A DNA stretch of 64,000 bases from an uncultured Bacilli bacterium (GTDB lineage Bacteria; Bacillota_I; Bacilli_A; RF39; UBA660): the NCBI GenBank assembly GCA_934096125.1, contig CAKOLB010000004.1, forward strand, positions 55,117 through 119,116. Direction: 5' to 3'. This document shows positions 30,406-38,867 of the stretch, in pieces. The notes under the pieces are model-generated. The model was not told the origin of the DNA, did not search any database, and saw nothing but the letters and a program-made list of their open reading frames with translations. Both the position numbers and the translations under genes were made by a program. Each line of letters opens with the position of its first letter. Positions within the stretch are counted from its first letter, which is position 1.

Positions 30406-33114
30406 ATGTTTTGTCCAAATTGTGGAAATAAAATAAATAAAAATGAAGACTTTTGCTCTAGTTGTGGTACTAATGTAAAAAATTTATTTCCTCCAAAAAA
30501 TAATATATTTTTAAAATGCTTGCAGATATTTGTTAATAATAAGAAAAAAGTGTCTTTGACTTTTTGTGCATCCTTGATTGTTGTTGTAAGTGTTTTACTT
30601 TTTAATAGAGTTTATGGTTTTCATAATTTAAGTTGGGATGATAGTTATAGCGATTATAAACTTACATATGTTTCTCAAACTAATGTTAAGTTGGGAGTAA
30701 AATACAATGGAAATGATGGCTTAAAAAATATTAAGTATATGGCTACTTGTGGAGAAGTTAAAAGTAAGGGATTAAATATAATTTGGGATTTAACTAATTC
30801 TAAAGGCGATTGCGTTATTACAGCTCAAGTGAAAAAAAGAAAAATTACAAAAAGTGTTAAAGTAATAGATGATAAAATAAATGAGGCAGATTTGTGGCTT
30901 TCGGAAGACGAAGATTTTGATAGTGATGATGATTCTGATTATGATGGACTATCTAATAAGCAGGAAAAAGAGTATGGAACTAATCCAAAACTTTTAGATA
31001 GTGATATGGATGGGCTAGATGATTATTATGAAATATTTACTAGTAAAACTGACCCGTTAAAGAAAGATTCTGATAATGATGGTTTAAATGATTATGATGA
31101 AATAGAACTCGGATTAAATCCGCTAGAAAAAGATTCTAAAAATGATGGATTGCTTGATGGAAATAGAACTTTAACGTATGAGTATGAAAAAAATAATATT
31201 AAGATTATTATTAAAGGAACAGGAAATATAGCTAGTGTTAATGCTATAATCAATTCTGATACTAAGATTAGTAATAAAAAAGGTTTAATTAATAAGTTAT
31301 ATACTTTTTATACGGATGGAAAAATAAAGGAAGCTGAAGTAGTTATTCCATATACTGATGAAGAATTAATAAAGTATGGTTTAAGTGAAGATAACTTATC
31401 ACTATATTATTATAATACTGATAGTTCAGTATATGAAAAAATAGATACTGTTATAGATAAAGAAAACAATATTTTAAAAGCTAATTTAGAGCATTTTTCA
31501 AATTATGTTATTGGAGATTCTTCTTTGGTAAGTAATAATATTTCAACAGAAGTGTTATTTATTTTAGATAATTCTTGGAGTATGTATAGTGATGAGGATT
31601 ATAAAAAGATTACTGGTAATGATTCGACTTCGAAGTGGGAAGGATTTGATGCTTCGGGTTTAAGATTTAAACTTACTGACAATTTAATGACAAGGCTTGG
31701 AAATAAAAATTATAAAATTGGATTATCTGAGTTTCGGCGAGATTATCAAAATATCATGGGAATTGGTAGTAGCTTACGAAAACTAAAAAGTGCAATTGAA
31801 TTAATGAATGGAAATTTTTCAACGATTTTACCTGGTACAGATATTTCTAATGCTTTGGTAAGTGGTATTCAGGAATTTAGTGATGATGACACTAATAAAT
31901 ATATAGTTTTACTTACAGATGGGCAGGATTCTGATTTACATAAAGAGGCAAGCAATGTTATAAATAAAGCTACGCTTAAAAATGTAAAGATTTGTTCTAT
32001 AGGTTTTGGTGGAGGTTCTTATAATATGGAACTTGCAAATATTTCTAATGCCACTGGTTGTAAATTTTATTCTTCTGGGGAAGCCTCAGGACTTACAGAG
32101 TTATTTGAAAATCTTGGCTCAGAGTTGGATGATGATTTAGTTGATATTGATAATGATAATAAAGCAGATGGTATTTTAGTTGCTGATAGTGATTTTATAG
32201 TTAATAGAGATGGTTTTTCTTTTAATAATTATCGCTCTAACTTAGCTGATGGACATTGTTATGGTATGGCAACCTTTGCCCAACTTTATTACAAAAAAAT
32301 GTTACCCTTAACTTTTCAAAGTAAAGTACTTGAAGATGCACGTTCTTATGCGTATGATTTAACTAATATATCAAATAATTATCCTAACTTATATAGCTAT
32401 AAGTTACAATCTAATGCACTGAAATATACTTTTGGTTTTGATGTTTTTAAAGAAGAAGTGCCATCGGATTATAGAGTGTTAGAAAAAAATAGATTACTAA
32501 TATCATCAAAATATAAACAAGATATTGAGAGGTTAAATCTTTATGATATCAATCAGCTAGAGTCATCCTTGACCAAAGAAGAGAAAGAACAACGTTATGG
32601 AGTAAATTTTAAAACTTATGAAGTGCCATATTTAAATGAAGATAAAATGCAAAATAATAGTGTTATGGTTCAAGATGATGTAGAACTTTTAAATGCTATA
32701 TATGCATCCTTTATAAAACAATATAATGCATCAAGTTATAGTTCGGGAATGAATTTTGTTTTGTGGCTTAGGAATGTCATAGGGACAGAGTCAAATGATT
32801 ATTCTGGACAGCAAGGTTTTATAAATATTCTTAAAACCCGAATAACTGATAAAGACCCTGTAGTGCTAGCTTCAAATTATAGTGGTGGATTACATGCGAT
32901 AAATGCTATTAGTTTAGTTCAAAGTATTGATAATCCTAATTACTATTACATTGGTGTTTATGATAATAACTATCCAGGAGAAAAAAGATATGTTGATGTC
33001 GAGTGTAAAAATGATTCTTGTTTCACTGTTAGTAATAGTTATTATTCAATGTCAGGTGAACCGCTTAGAATTACACCGTCTTTGGAATATGATTTAAACT
33101 ATTTTAAACAATAG
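30406..33114 (+). CDS. zinc-ribbon / TSP3-like Ca-binding repeat / VWA domain protein with a possible C-terminal Cys-peptidase-like domain
   Basis: CPNCG...CSSCG ribbon and a TM segment. DSDxDGLxDYxE repeats run x4-5. VWA MIDAS motif is LFILDNSWSM, followed by VLLTDGQD. C-terminal GHCYGMA ... GGLHAINAI ... YYIGVYDNN. Start set to ATG 30406. Confidence 0.55.
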   Translation: MFCPNCGNKINKNEDFCSSCGTNVKNLFPPKNNIFLKCLQIFVNNKKKVSLTFCASLIVVVSVLLFNRVYGFHNLSWDDSYSDYKLTYVSQTNVKLGVKYNGNDGLKNIKYMATCGEVKSKGLNIIWDLTNSKGDCVITAQVKKRKITKSVKVIDDKINEADLWLSEDEDFDSDDDSDYDGLSNKQEKEYGTNPKLLDSDMDGLDDYYEIFTSKTDPLKKDSDNDGLNDYDEIELGLNPLEKDSKNDGLLDGNRTLTYEYEKNNIKIIIKGTGNIASVNAIINSDTKISNKKGLINKLYTFYTDGKIKEAEVVIPYTDEELIKYGLSEDNLSLYYYNTDSSVYEKIDTVIDKENNILKANLEHFSNYVIGDSSLVSNNISTEVLFILDNSWSMYSDEDYKKITGNDSTSKWEGFDASGLRFKLTDNLMTRLGNKNYKIGLSEFRRDYQNIMGIGSSLRKLKSAIELMNGNFSTILPGTDISNALVSGIQEFSDDDTNKYIVLLTDGQDSDLHKEASNVINKATLKNVKICSIGFGGGSYNMELANISNATGCKFYSSGEASGLTELFENLGSELDDDLVDIDNDNKADGILVADSDFIVNRDGFSFNNYRSNLADGHCYGMATFAQLYYKKMLPLTFQSKVLEDARSYAYDLTNISNNYPNLYSYKLQSNALKYTFGFDVFKEEVPSDYRVLEKNRLLISSKYKQDIERLNLYDINQLESSLTKEEKEQRYGVNFKTYEVPYLNEDKMQNNSVMVQDDVELLNAIYASFIKQYNASSYSSGMNFVLWLRNVIGTESNDYSGQQGFINILKTRITDKDPVVLASNYSGGLHAINAISLVQSIDNPNYYYIGVYDNNYPGEKRYVDVECKNDSCFTVSNSYYSMSGEPLRITPSLEYDLNYFKQ

Positions 33115-33251
33115 ATGGTTTTTCTAAATCATCTTTTTGTATGGCTTACTTCACTTAATTATCACTTTTTTACCTTAAGTTTACCAAAAATATATTCTAT
33201 ATTTATTTTGTTTGGTGTGATATAATTGATTAGTAAAGGTGGCATGGTGAT

Positions 33252-34187
33252 GTGAAGTTAAAGACATTTAAAACCTTAGATGAACAAATAGATATTCTAA
33301 CAAAAAAAGGATTAGTTATTGAAGATACTGAGGCTGCTAAAAATATATTGCTTCGAGAGAATTATTTTTTCTTAAGTGGTTATCGTCATTTATTTATGGA
33401 TCCAAGTAATAATAAACGTTACTTAGAAAATACAACATTTGAAGAGTTATTTGCAATGTTTACTTTTGATAGACAACTTAGAAATATTATTTTTAAAAAT
33501 ATATTAATTGTGGAAAATAATTTGAAAAGTATACTGGCTTATGTGATGAGTAAAAACCATGGTTTTAAAGAACATAATTATTTAAATCCAAATAATTTTA
33601 ATAATGACCCTAGACGAAGTAAACAAATAAATGATTTAATAAGAAAGATGAAAAGGCAAATAACTGTTAATGGTAAACAACATACAGCGACTGCTCACTA
33701 CCTATATAATTATGGTTATATTCCTTTATGGGTTGTTGTAAAAGTCTTATCATTTGGGATAGTTGGAGAACTTTATACTGTGCTTCAGCATCAAGACCAA
33801 CAAGAAATTGCCGATGTTTATGGTATTTCCATTGATAATATGGTTTTATATTTACCACTAGTTGCTAATTATCGTAATTTGTGTGCTCATGAAGATATAT
33901 GTTATATAAACAGAACTCAAAAGGAGATTGAAAACACCAAATACCATCGTCTTTTGTATATTCCTTTAGCAAGTGGGGAGTATATATATGGTAAAAATGA
34001 TTTGTTTGCTCTGGTAATAATATTAAAACAATTGCTTGATGCTGATAATTTTAATCTATTTATAAGTGAAATAGCATATGAATTTGATAGACTGGCAGGG
34101 AAGCTTAAAGTAATAGAGATTGAAAAGGTTATGCATGAAATGGGATTTCCAAATAATTATAAAGAAATAGTGAGGTTAGAAAAATGA
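33252..34187 (+). CDS. Abi_2 (AbiD/AbiF-like) abortive-infection family protein
   Basis: N-terminal FKTLDEQIDILTKKGLVIED...NYFFLSGY, IPLWVVVKVLSFG, and YRNLCAHED motif, as in the Abi_2 family. Confidence 0.7.
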   Translation: MKLKTFKTLDEQIDILTKKGLVIEDTEAAKNILLRENYFFLSGYRHLFMDPSNNKRYLENTTFEELFAMFTFDRQLRNIIFKNILIVENNLKSILAYVMSKNHGFKEHNYLNPNNFNNDPRRSKQINDLIRKMKRQITVNGKQHTATAHYLYNYGYIPLWVVVKVLSFGIVGELYTVLQHQDQQEIADVYGISIDNMVLYLPLVANYRNLCAHEDICYINRTQKEIENTKYHRLLYIPLASGEYIYGKNDLFALVIILKQLLDADNFNLFISEIAYEFDRLAGKLKVIEIEKVMHEMGFPNNYKEIVRLEK

Positions 34188-35299
34188 AAGATAATATAAA
34201 TAATAATAATAGAAAAACAATTAATTATATATTAATATTTTTTATTGGTTGTTTAGTGATGTATGCGGTTGTTTACTTTTTTCCAACGACAATTACGCAA
34301 AAAGTAACTAAATTAGAAAAAGATGTAACAGTGACAGATACTGGTATAGCAGATGCAGTTGAGAAAGTATATGATGCAGTTGTTATAGTATCTACTTATA
34401 AAAATGACCAATATACAGCATCAGGAACTGGTTTTGTCTTTAAAAAAGATAATGATACTTATTATCTTCTTACCAATAATCATGTTATTGAAGGTGGTAA
34501 TAAAGTAACTGTTACATTTACCAATGGTAATGTTGTGGAAACAAAAGTGGTTGGTAGTGATCAATATTCTGATATAGCTGTTTTATCATTAGAAAGTAAA
34601 GATGATATAGCTGTAACTTCACTTGGTAATAGTGAGAATTTAAGGGTAGGGGATACAGCTTTTACTGTTGGAGCTCCACTTGATAGTGTCTATTCATGGA
34701 CTGTTACAAGAGGAATAGTTTCTGGGAAAGATAGAATGGTTGAAGTATCTTTAGGTTCCAGTAGTAACAGTAGTGATTATGTTATGAAAGTTTTACAAAC
34801 TGATGCATCAATTAACTCTGGTAATAGTGGTGGACCTTTATGTAATTCTAATGGTGAAGTTATTGGTATTACTTCCCTTAAGCTTGTTAGTAGTGGGGTT
34901 GAGGGAATGGGATTTGCCATTCCAATTGAAAATGCTTTAACTAAGGCGGAAGAAATTATCTCAGGCGTATCATCAGAATATCCTTATTTAGGAGTTGGAA
35001 TGATTGATATAGCTACTGCTTACTATTCATATGAGTATTATGACTTGATTAAGAGTTCTGGTCTTTCAAGTGGTGTTATAGTAACTCAAGTAGAAAAGAA
35101 AAGTCCAGCAGGAGAAGCTGGTTTGAAAGATAATGATATAATAACTAAGATTGATGATAAAGAAGTTAAAAATGTTGCTTATTTAAGATATTATTTATAT
35201 CAATATAAGGTTGGAGATAAAGTTAAAATTACATTTAATAGAGATGGTAAAGAAGAAAGTGTAGAAGTAAAACTTGGAACTAATAAAACTACAACTTAA
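34184..35299 (+). CDS. htrA: HtrA/DegP-family serine protease with PDZ domain
   Basis: TNNHV (His), SDIAVL (Asp), GNSGGPL (Ser), N-terminal TM, and C-terminal PDZ. Confidence 0.9.
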   Translation: MKDNINNNNRKTINYILIFFIGCLVMYAVVYFFPTTITQKVTKLEKDVTVTDTGIADAVEKVYDAVVIVSTYKNDQYTASGTGFVFKKDNDTYYLLTNNHVIEGGNKVTVTFTNGNVVETKVVGSDQYSDIAVLSLESKDDIAVTSLGNSENLRVGDTAFTVGAPLDSVYSWTVTRGIVSGKDRMVEVSLGSSSNSSDYVMKVLQTDASINSGNSGGPLCNSNGEVIGITSLKLVSSGVEGMGFAIPIENALTKAEEIISGVSSEYPYLGVGMIDIATAYYSYEYYDLIKSSGLSSGVIVTQVEKKSPAGEAGLKDNDIITKIDDKEVKNVAYLRYYLYQYKVGDKVKITFNRDGKEESVEVKLGTNKTTT

Positions 35300-35320
35300 A
35301 TATGGGAGTGATGGTAAAGT

Positions 35321-35908
35321 ATGAAGTGGAAGAGATTAGGAGCTTATCTTATTGATTATACATTTGTGATACTACTGGCAACTTTAATAGCGCAAATTCA
35401 TGTTATTAATCCATATTATGATAATTATCAAGCTGCTTACGAAAAGTATGAAGAAGTAATTAGTGATGTAAATGTTAATAATTCTCTTAGTTATATTAAA
35501 TCTAGTGAGTATGCAAGTAGTTATCATGATGTTATTAAATATGGTTCAGTGATATCGAGTATTTCTATTGTTTGTACACTTCTTTATTTTGTTGGTTTTC
35601 AAAAATGGAATAAAGGTCAAACTTTAGGAAAGAAAATGTTCGGTTTAAAACTGGTAAATGATGAGGGAGAAAATCCAAGTTTACTTGCCTATATCTTGAG
35701 AACAGTTATTATTTATAATGTTTTAATTAATATGCTTATTATAATTTTGGCATTTTTATGCAAGGGGTTAGTATTTGTTATTTTATCGATTATTCTAAAT
35801 TTTGTTGGTAATATTTTGGTATATGGAAGTGCGGCATGTATATTTTTGCGAAAAGATAATAAAGGACTTCATGATATTATTGCTAAAACGAATGTTGTGG
35901 ATGCTTAA
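35321..35908 (+). CDS. RDD-family membrane protein
   Basis: RLGAYLIDY N-terminal motif, GQTLGKKMFGLKLV, and GLHDIIAKT. Confidence 0.7.
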   Translation: MKWKRLGAYLIDYTFVILLATLIAQIHVINPYYDNYQAAYEKYEEVISDVNVNNSLSYIKSSEYASSYHDVIKYGSVISSISIVCTLLYFVGFQKWNKGQTLGKKMFGLKLVNDEGENPSLLAYILRTVIIYNVLINMLIIILAFLCKGLVFVILSIILNFVGNILVYGSAACIFLRKDNKGLHDIIAKTNVVDA

Positions 35909-35938
35909 AAAAAGACAAGTTTTAATTAACTTGTCTTT

Positions 35939-36490
35939 TTATCTGGCATGACCTAGTGTTCTATTTTTTAGTTTTTCTTTAATTTCTTCCTCATTATTTG
36001 AGCAAGATAAATTTGGTGTGATACCATACAGTTTAGCTTGGTCTTTAAACATTGATTGAGCGATTAAAACTGCATAACTTGGTCTTTTTTCTTTCATAGC
36101 ATTTGTAAATGGTTTTATATATTTTTCAAATATACTTTTTATGTTAGTTATATTATTAGTTTTAGCATCGTTATATACACCGCTAGCTAAAGCTGGACTT
36201 AACATATCATATGTATAAAGCAAGACTTGACCAGTTTTATCTTTTAATAGAAGACTACGTAGTGTTCGAAAAGCTTCCATATAAATACAGTTATCTGCAA
36301 AACCTAAAGAAGATAGTATAGCTGTAACATCGCAGCCGCCGGGCTTGTAACCATTACCAGGTTTATTTACAAAGTCATTACATGCTTGGCTGTTGGGATT
36401 AACGTATTTTCCTTTTTTATTACAGTATCCGTTTCCTGTCCATCTGTCGATTGAACCATCAAAGTTTGCACAATTTAAACAATTATTCAT
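35939..36490 (-). CDS. Cys-rich hypothetical protein
   Basis: N-terminal CLNC...C...C cluster, then GGCDVTAILSSLGFADNCIYMEAFRTLR. This resembles an uncharacterised Firmicute C-x-x-T-A...D-x-C...LR family. Function unknown. Confidence 0.45.
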   Translation of the reverse strand: MNNCLNCANFDGSIDRWTGNGYCNKKGKYVNPNSQACNDFVNKPGNGYKPGGCDVTAILSSLGFADNCIYMEAFRTLRSLLLKDKTGQVLLYTYDMLSPALASGVYNDAKTNNITNIKSIFEKYIKPFTNAMKEKRPSYAVLIAQSMFKDQAKLYGITPNLSCSNNEEEIKEKLKNRTLGHAR

Positions 36491-36644
36491 ATTTTCCCCC
36501 TTGTTGTACTAGCTATTATACTATTTATTTGCAGGTTGTCAATAGTAGTACCTTGTGTGTTAATCATACCTAAATGATTAAAAAATATTGTTAGGCACTT
36601 GACGATATTTTTTTTTTAAGATAAAATTGTATTTCGGTGGTATT

Positions 36645-37100
36645 ATGAGTGAGTGTGGTGTTTTGCGGAAAATTCATGATGTTGATAAATTAATCATGAA
36701 AGAGTTTATTGCGGGGCGAGAAAATTCTTCAAAGTTTTATGTTCCTAGTGCAACGCAGATGAAAATTATGAAATACATATTAGATAACTGTGATAATCCG
36801 GTTTATCAAAGAGATTTGGAAAACATTTTGGGTCTTTCAAGAGCCAGTGTTTCTGGAGTGTTAAAGACGATGGAGAAACATAAAATGATAAAGCGGGTAA
36901 TAGATAGTGATGATGTTAGATGTAAAAGGATAATGCTTAATGATGCTGCTTTGATGATATTTAACCAAGGAAAAGAGAAGTTTACTGAACTTGAGGCTGC
37001 TGTTATAAAGGGGCTTTCGAAGAAAGAGTTAGATACGTTTGATTGGTTGATAAAAAAGATAGAGAATAATATAATTGATTATGTAAATGAGAAAGGATAA
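36645..37100 (+). CDS. MarR-family transcriptional regulator
   Basis: Winged-helix region QRDLENILGLSRASVSGVLKTMEKHKMIKR, upstream of an ABC exporter pair. Confidence 0.75.
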   Translation: MSECGVLRKIHDVDKLIMKEFIAGRENSSKFYVPSATQMKIMKYILDNCDNPVYQRDLENILGLSRASVSGVLKTMEKHKMIKRVIDSDDVRCKRIMLNDAALMIFNQGKEKFTELEAAVIKGLSKKELDTFDWLIKKIENNIIDYVNEKG

Positions 37101-37103
37101 GTT

Positions 37104-38867
37104 ATGAGAAAATTAATAATAAAAAATTTTAATAAAAAAGATTGGGCTCTAATTTTAGTTAGCGTTGTTTTAATTTTCGGTCAAGTATGGCTAGAACTTA
37201 AGATGCCCGATTATATGTCACAAATTACAGTTTTAGTGCAAACTGAGGGTAGTAAAATGTCTGAAATTATTAAAAATGGGGCATATATGATTTTATGTGC
37301 TTTGGGAAGTTTACTAAGTGCTGTAGTTGTTGGATATTTGATTGCCCGTTTATCTGCGAACTTTTCAAAAGACTTAAGAGAAAAGTTATTTAGTAAAGTT
37401 GAAAGTTTATCTATGCATGAGATAAAAGGCTTTTCAACTAGTAGTTTAATTACTAGGACAACAAATGATGTTACTCAAATAGAAATGTTTGTAGGTATGG
37501 GGATTCAACTTTTGATAAAAGCTCCGATTACGGCGATATGGGCGATTACCAAAATACTAAATAAAAGCTGGCAATGGAGTGCGGTGACAGCTACTTGTGT
37601 AGTAATACTACTTGCGGTTATAAGTATTTTAGTTGTTTTAGTTATGCCAAAATTTAAGATTGTTCAAAAATTAACTGATAAATTAAATAATGTTACGAGA
37701 GAAAATTTAATGGGTATTAGAGTGGTTAGAGCTTTTAATGCGGAAGATTTTCAACAAGACAGATTTGAAGATGTTAATAATAATTTAACAAATTTACAAC
37801 TTTTCAATCAAAAAACTATGGCGATAATGTCACCAGTGATGTACCTTATTATGTATATGTTAACTTTGGCAATTTACTTTATCGGAGCCTTTTTAATTCA
37901 AGATGCTATGATGGCAGATAAAATTTCATTGTTTGGAGATATGGTGGTATTTTCTAGTTATGCAATGCAAATTATTATGTCTTTCTTGATGTTAGCAATG
38001 ATTTTTATGATTTTACCAAGAGCTAGTGTTTCTGCAGGAAGAATAAATGAGGTGTTGGAAACAAATGTTTCTATTCAAAATGGTAGTTATACAAATATAG
38101 ATACGGATGAAGTTGGAGTTGTTGAATTTAAAAATGTATCGTTTAAATATCCTGATGCAGAAGAATATATTTTGAAAGATATATCATTTACGGCGAAAAA
38201 AGGAGAGACTGTTGCATTTATTGGATCTACTGGAAGTGGAAAGTCAACCTTAATTAACTTAATAGTTCGTTTTTATGATGCTACTAGTGGAGAAATATTA
38301 ATTGATGGTATAAATGTAAAAGATTATGATACTGAAGTGCTTTATAAAAAAATTGGATATGTTTCTCAGAAACCAGTGATATTTAGTGGAGATATAAATT
38401 ATAATATTGCTTATGGTGAAGCTAAAAATGAAATAACTGAACAAAAAATTAAAGAGGCAGCTTTAGTGGCACAAGCTCAAGAGTTTATTTTGAAAATGGA
38501 TGAAACATATCAAACAAAGCTTGCGCAAGGAGGAACAAACGTTTCTGGGGGACAAAAACAAAGATTATCGATTGCCCGGGCCATTGCTCGAGATCCGGAA
38601 GTATATATATTTGATGACTCTTTTTCAGCGCTTGACTATAAAACGGATGCAACACTTCGAAGTGAACTCAAGAAATATACAAGTGATGCTACAAACTTAA
38701 TAGTAGCACAAAGAATAGGAACTATTATGCATGCTGATAAAATTATTGTACTTGATAATGGATGTGCAGTTGGAGTGGGTACGCATGCGGAACTTTTAAA
38801 AAATTGTGATATATATAAACAAATTGCGTTATCACAATTATCGAAGGAGGAACTGGAAAATGCCTAG
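37104..38867 (+). CDS. ABC exporter, fused permease/ATPase subunit A
   Basis: Six TM segments, Walker A GSTGSGKST, signature VSGGQKQR, and Walker B IFDDSFSALD. Confidence 0.9.
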   Translation: MRKLIIKNFNKKDWALILVSVVLIFGQVWLELKMPDYMSQITVLVQTEGSKMSEIIKNGAYMILCALGSLLSAVVVGYLIARLSANFSKDLREKLFSKVESLSMHEIKGFSTSSLITRTTNDVTQIEMFVGMGIQLLIKAPITAIWAITKILNKSWQWSAVTATCVVILLAVISILVVLVMPKFKIVQKLTDKLNNVTRENLMGIRVVRAFNAEDFQQDRFEDVNNNLTNLQLFNQKTMAIMSPVMYLIMYMLTLAIYFIGAFLIQDAMMADKISLFGDMVVFSSYAMQIIMSFLMLAMIFMILPRASVSAGRINEVLETNVSIQNGSYTNIDTDEVGVVEFKNVSFKYPDAEEYILKDISFTAKKGETVAFIGSTGSGKSTLINLIVRFYDATSGEILIDGINVKDYDTEVLYKKIGYVSQKPVIFSGDINYNIAYGEAKNEITEQKIKEAALVAQAQEFILKMDETYQTKLAQGGTNVSGGQKQRLSIARAIARDPEVYIFDDSFSALDYKTDATLRSELKKYTSDATNLIVAQRIGTIMHADKIIVLDNGCAVGVGTHAELLKNCDIYKQIALSQLSKEELENA

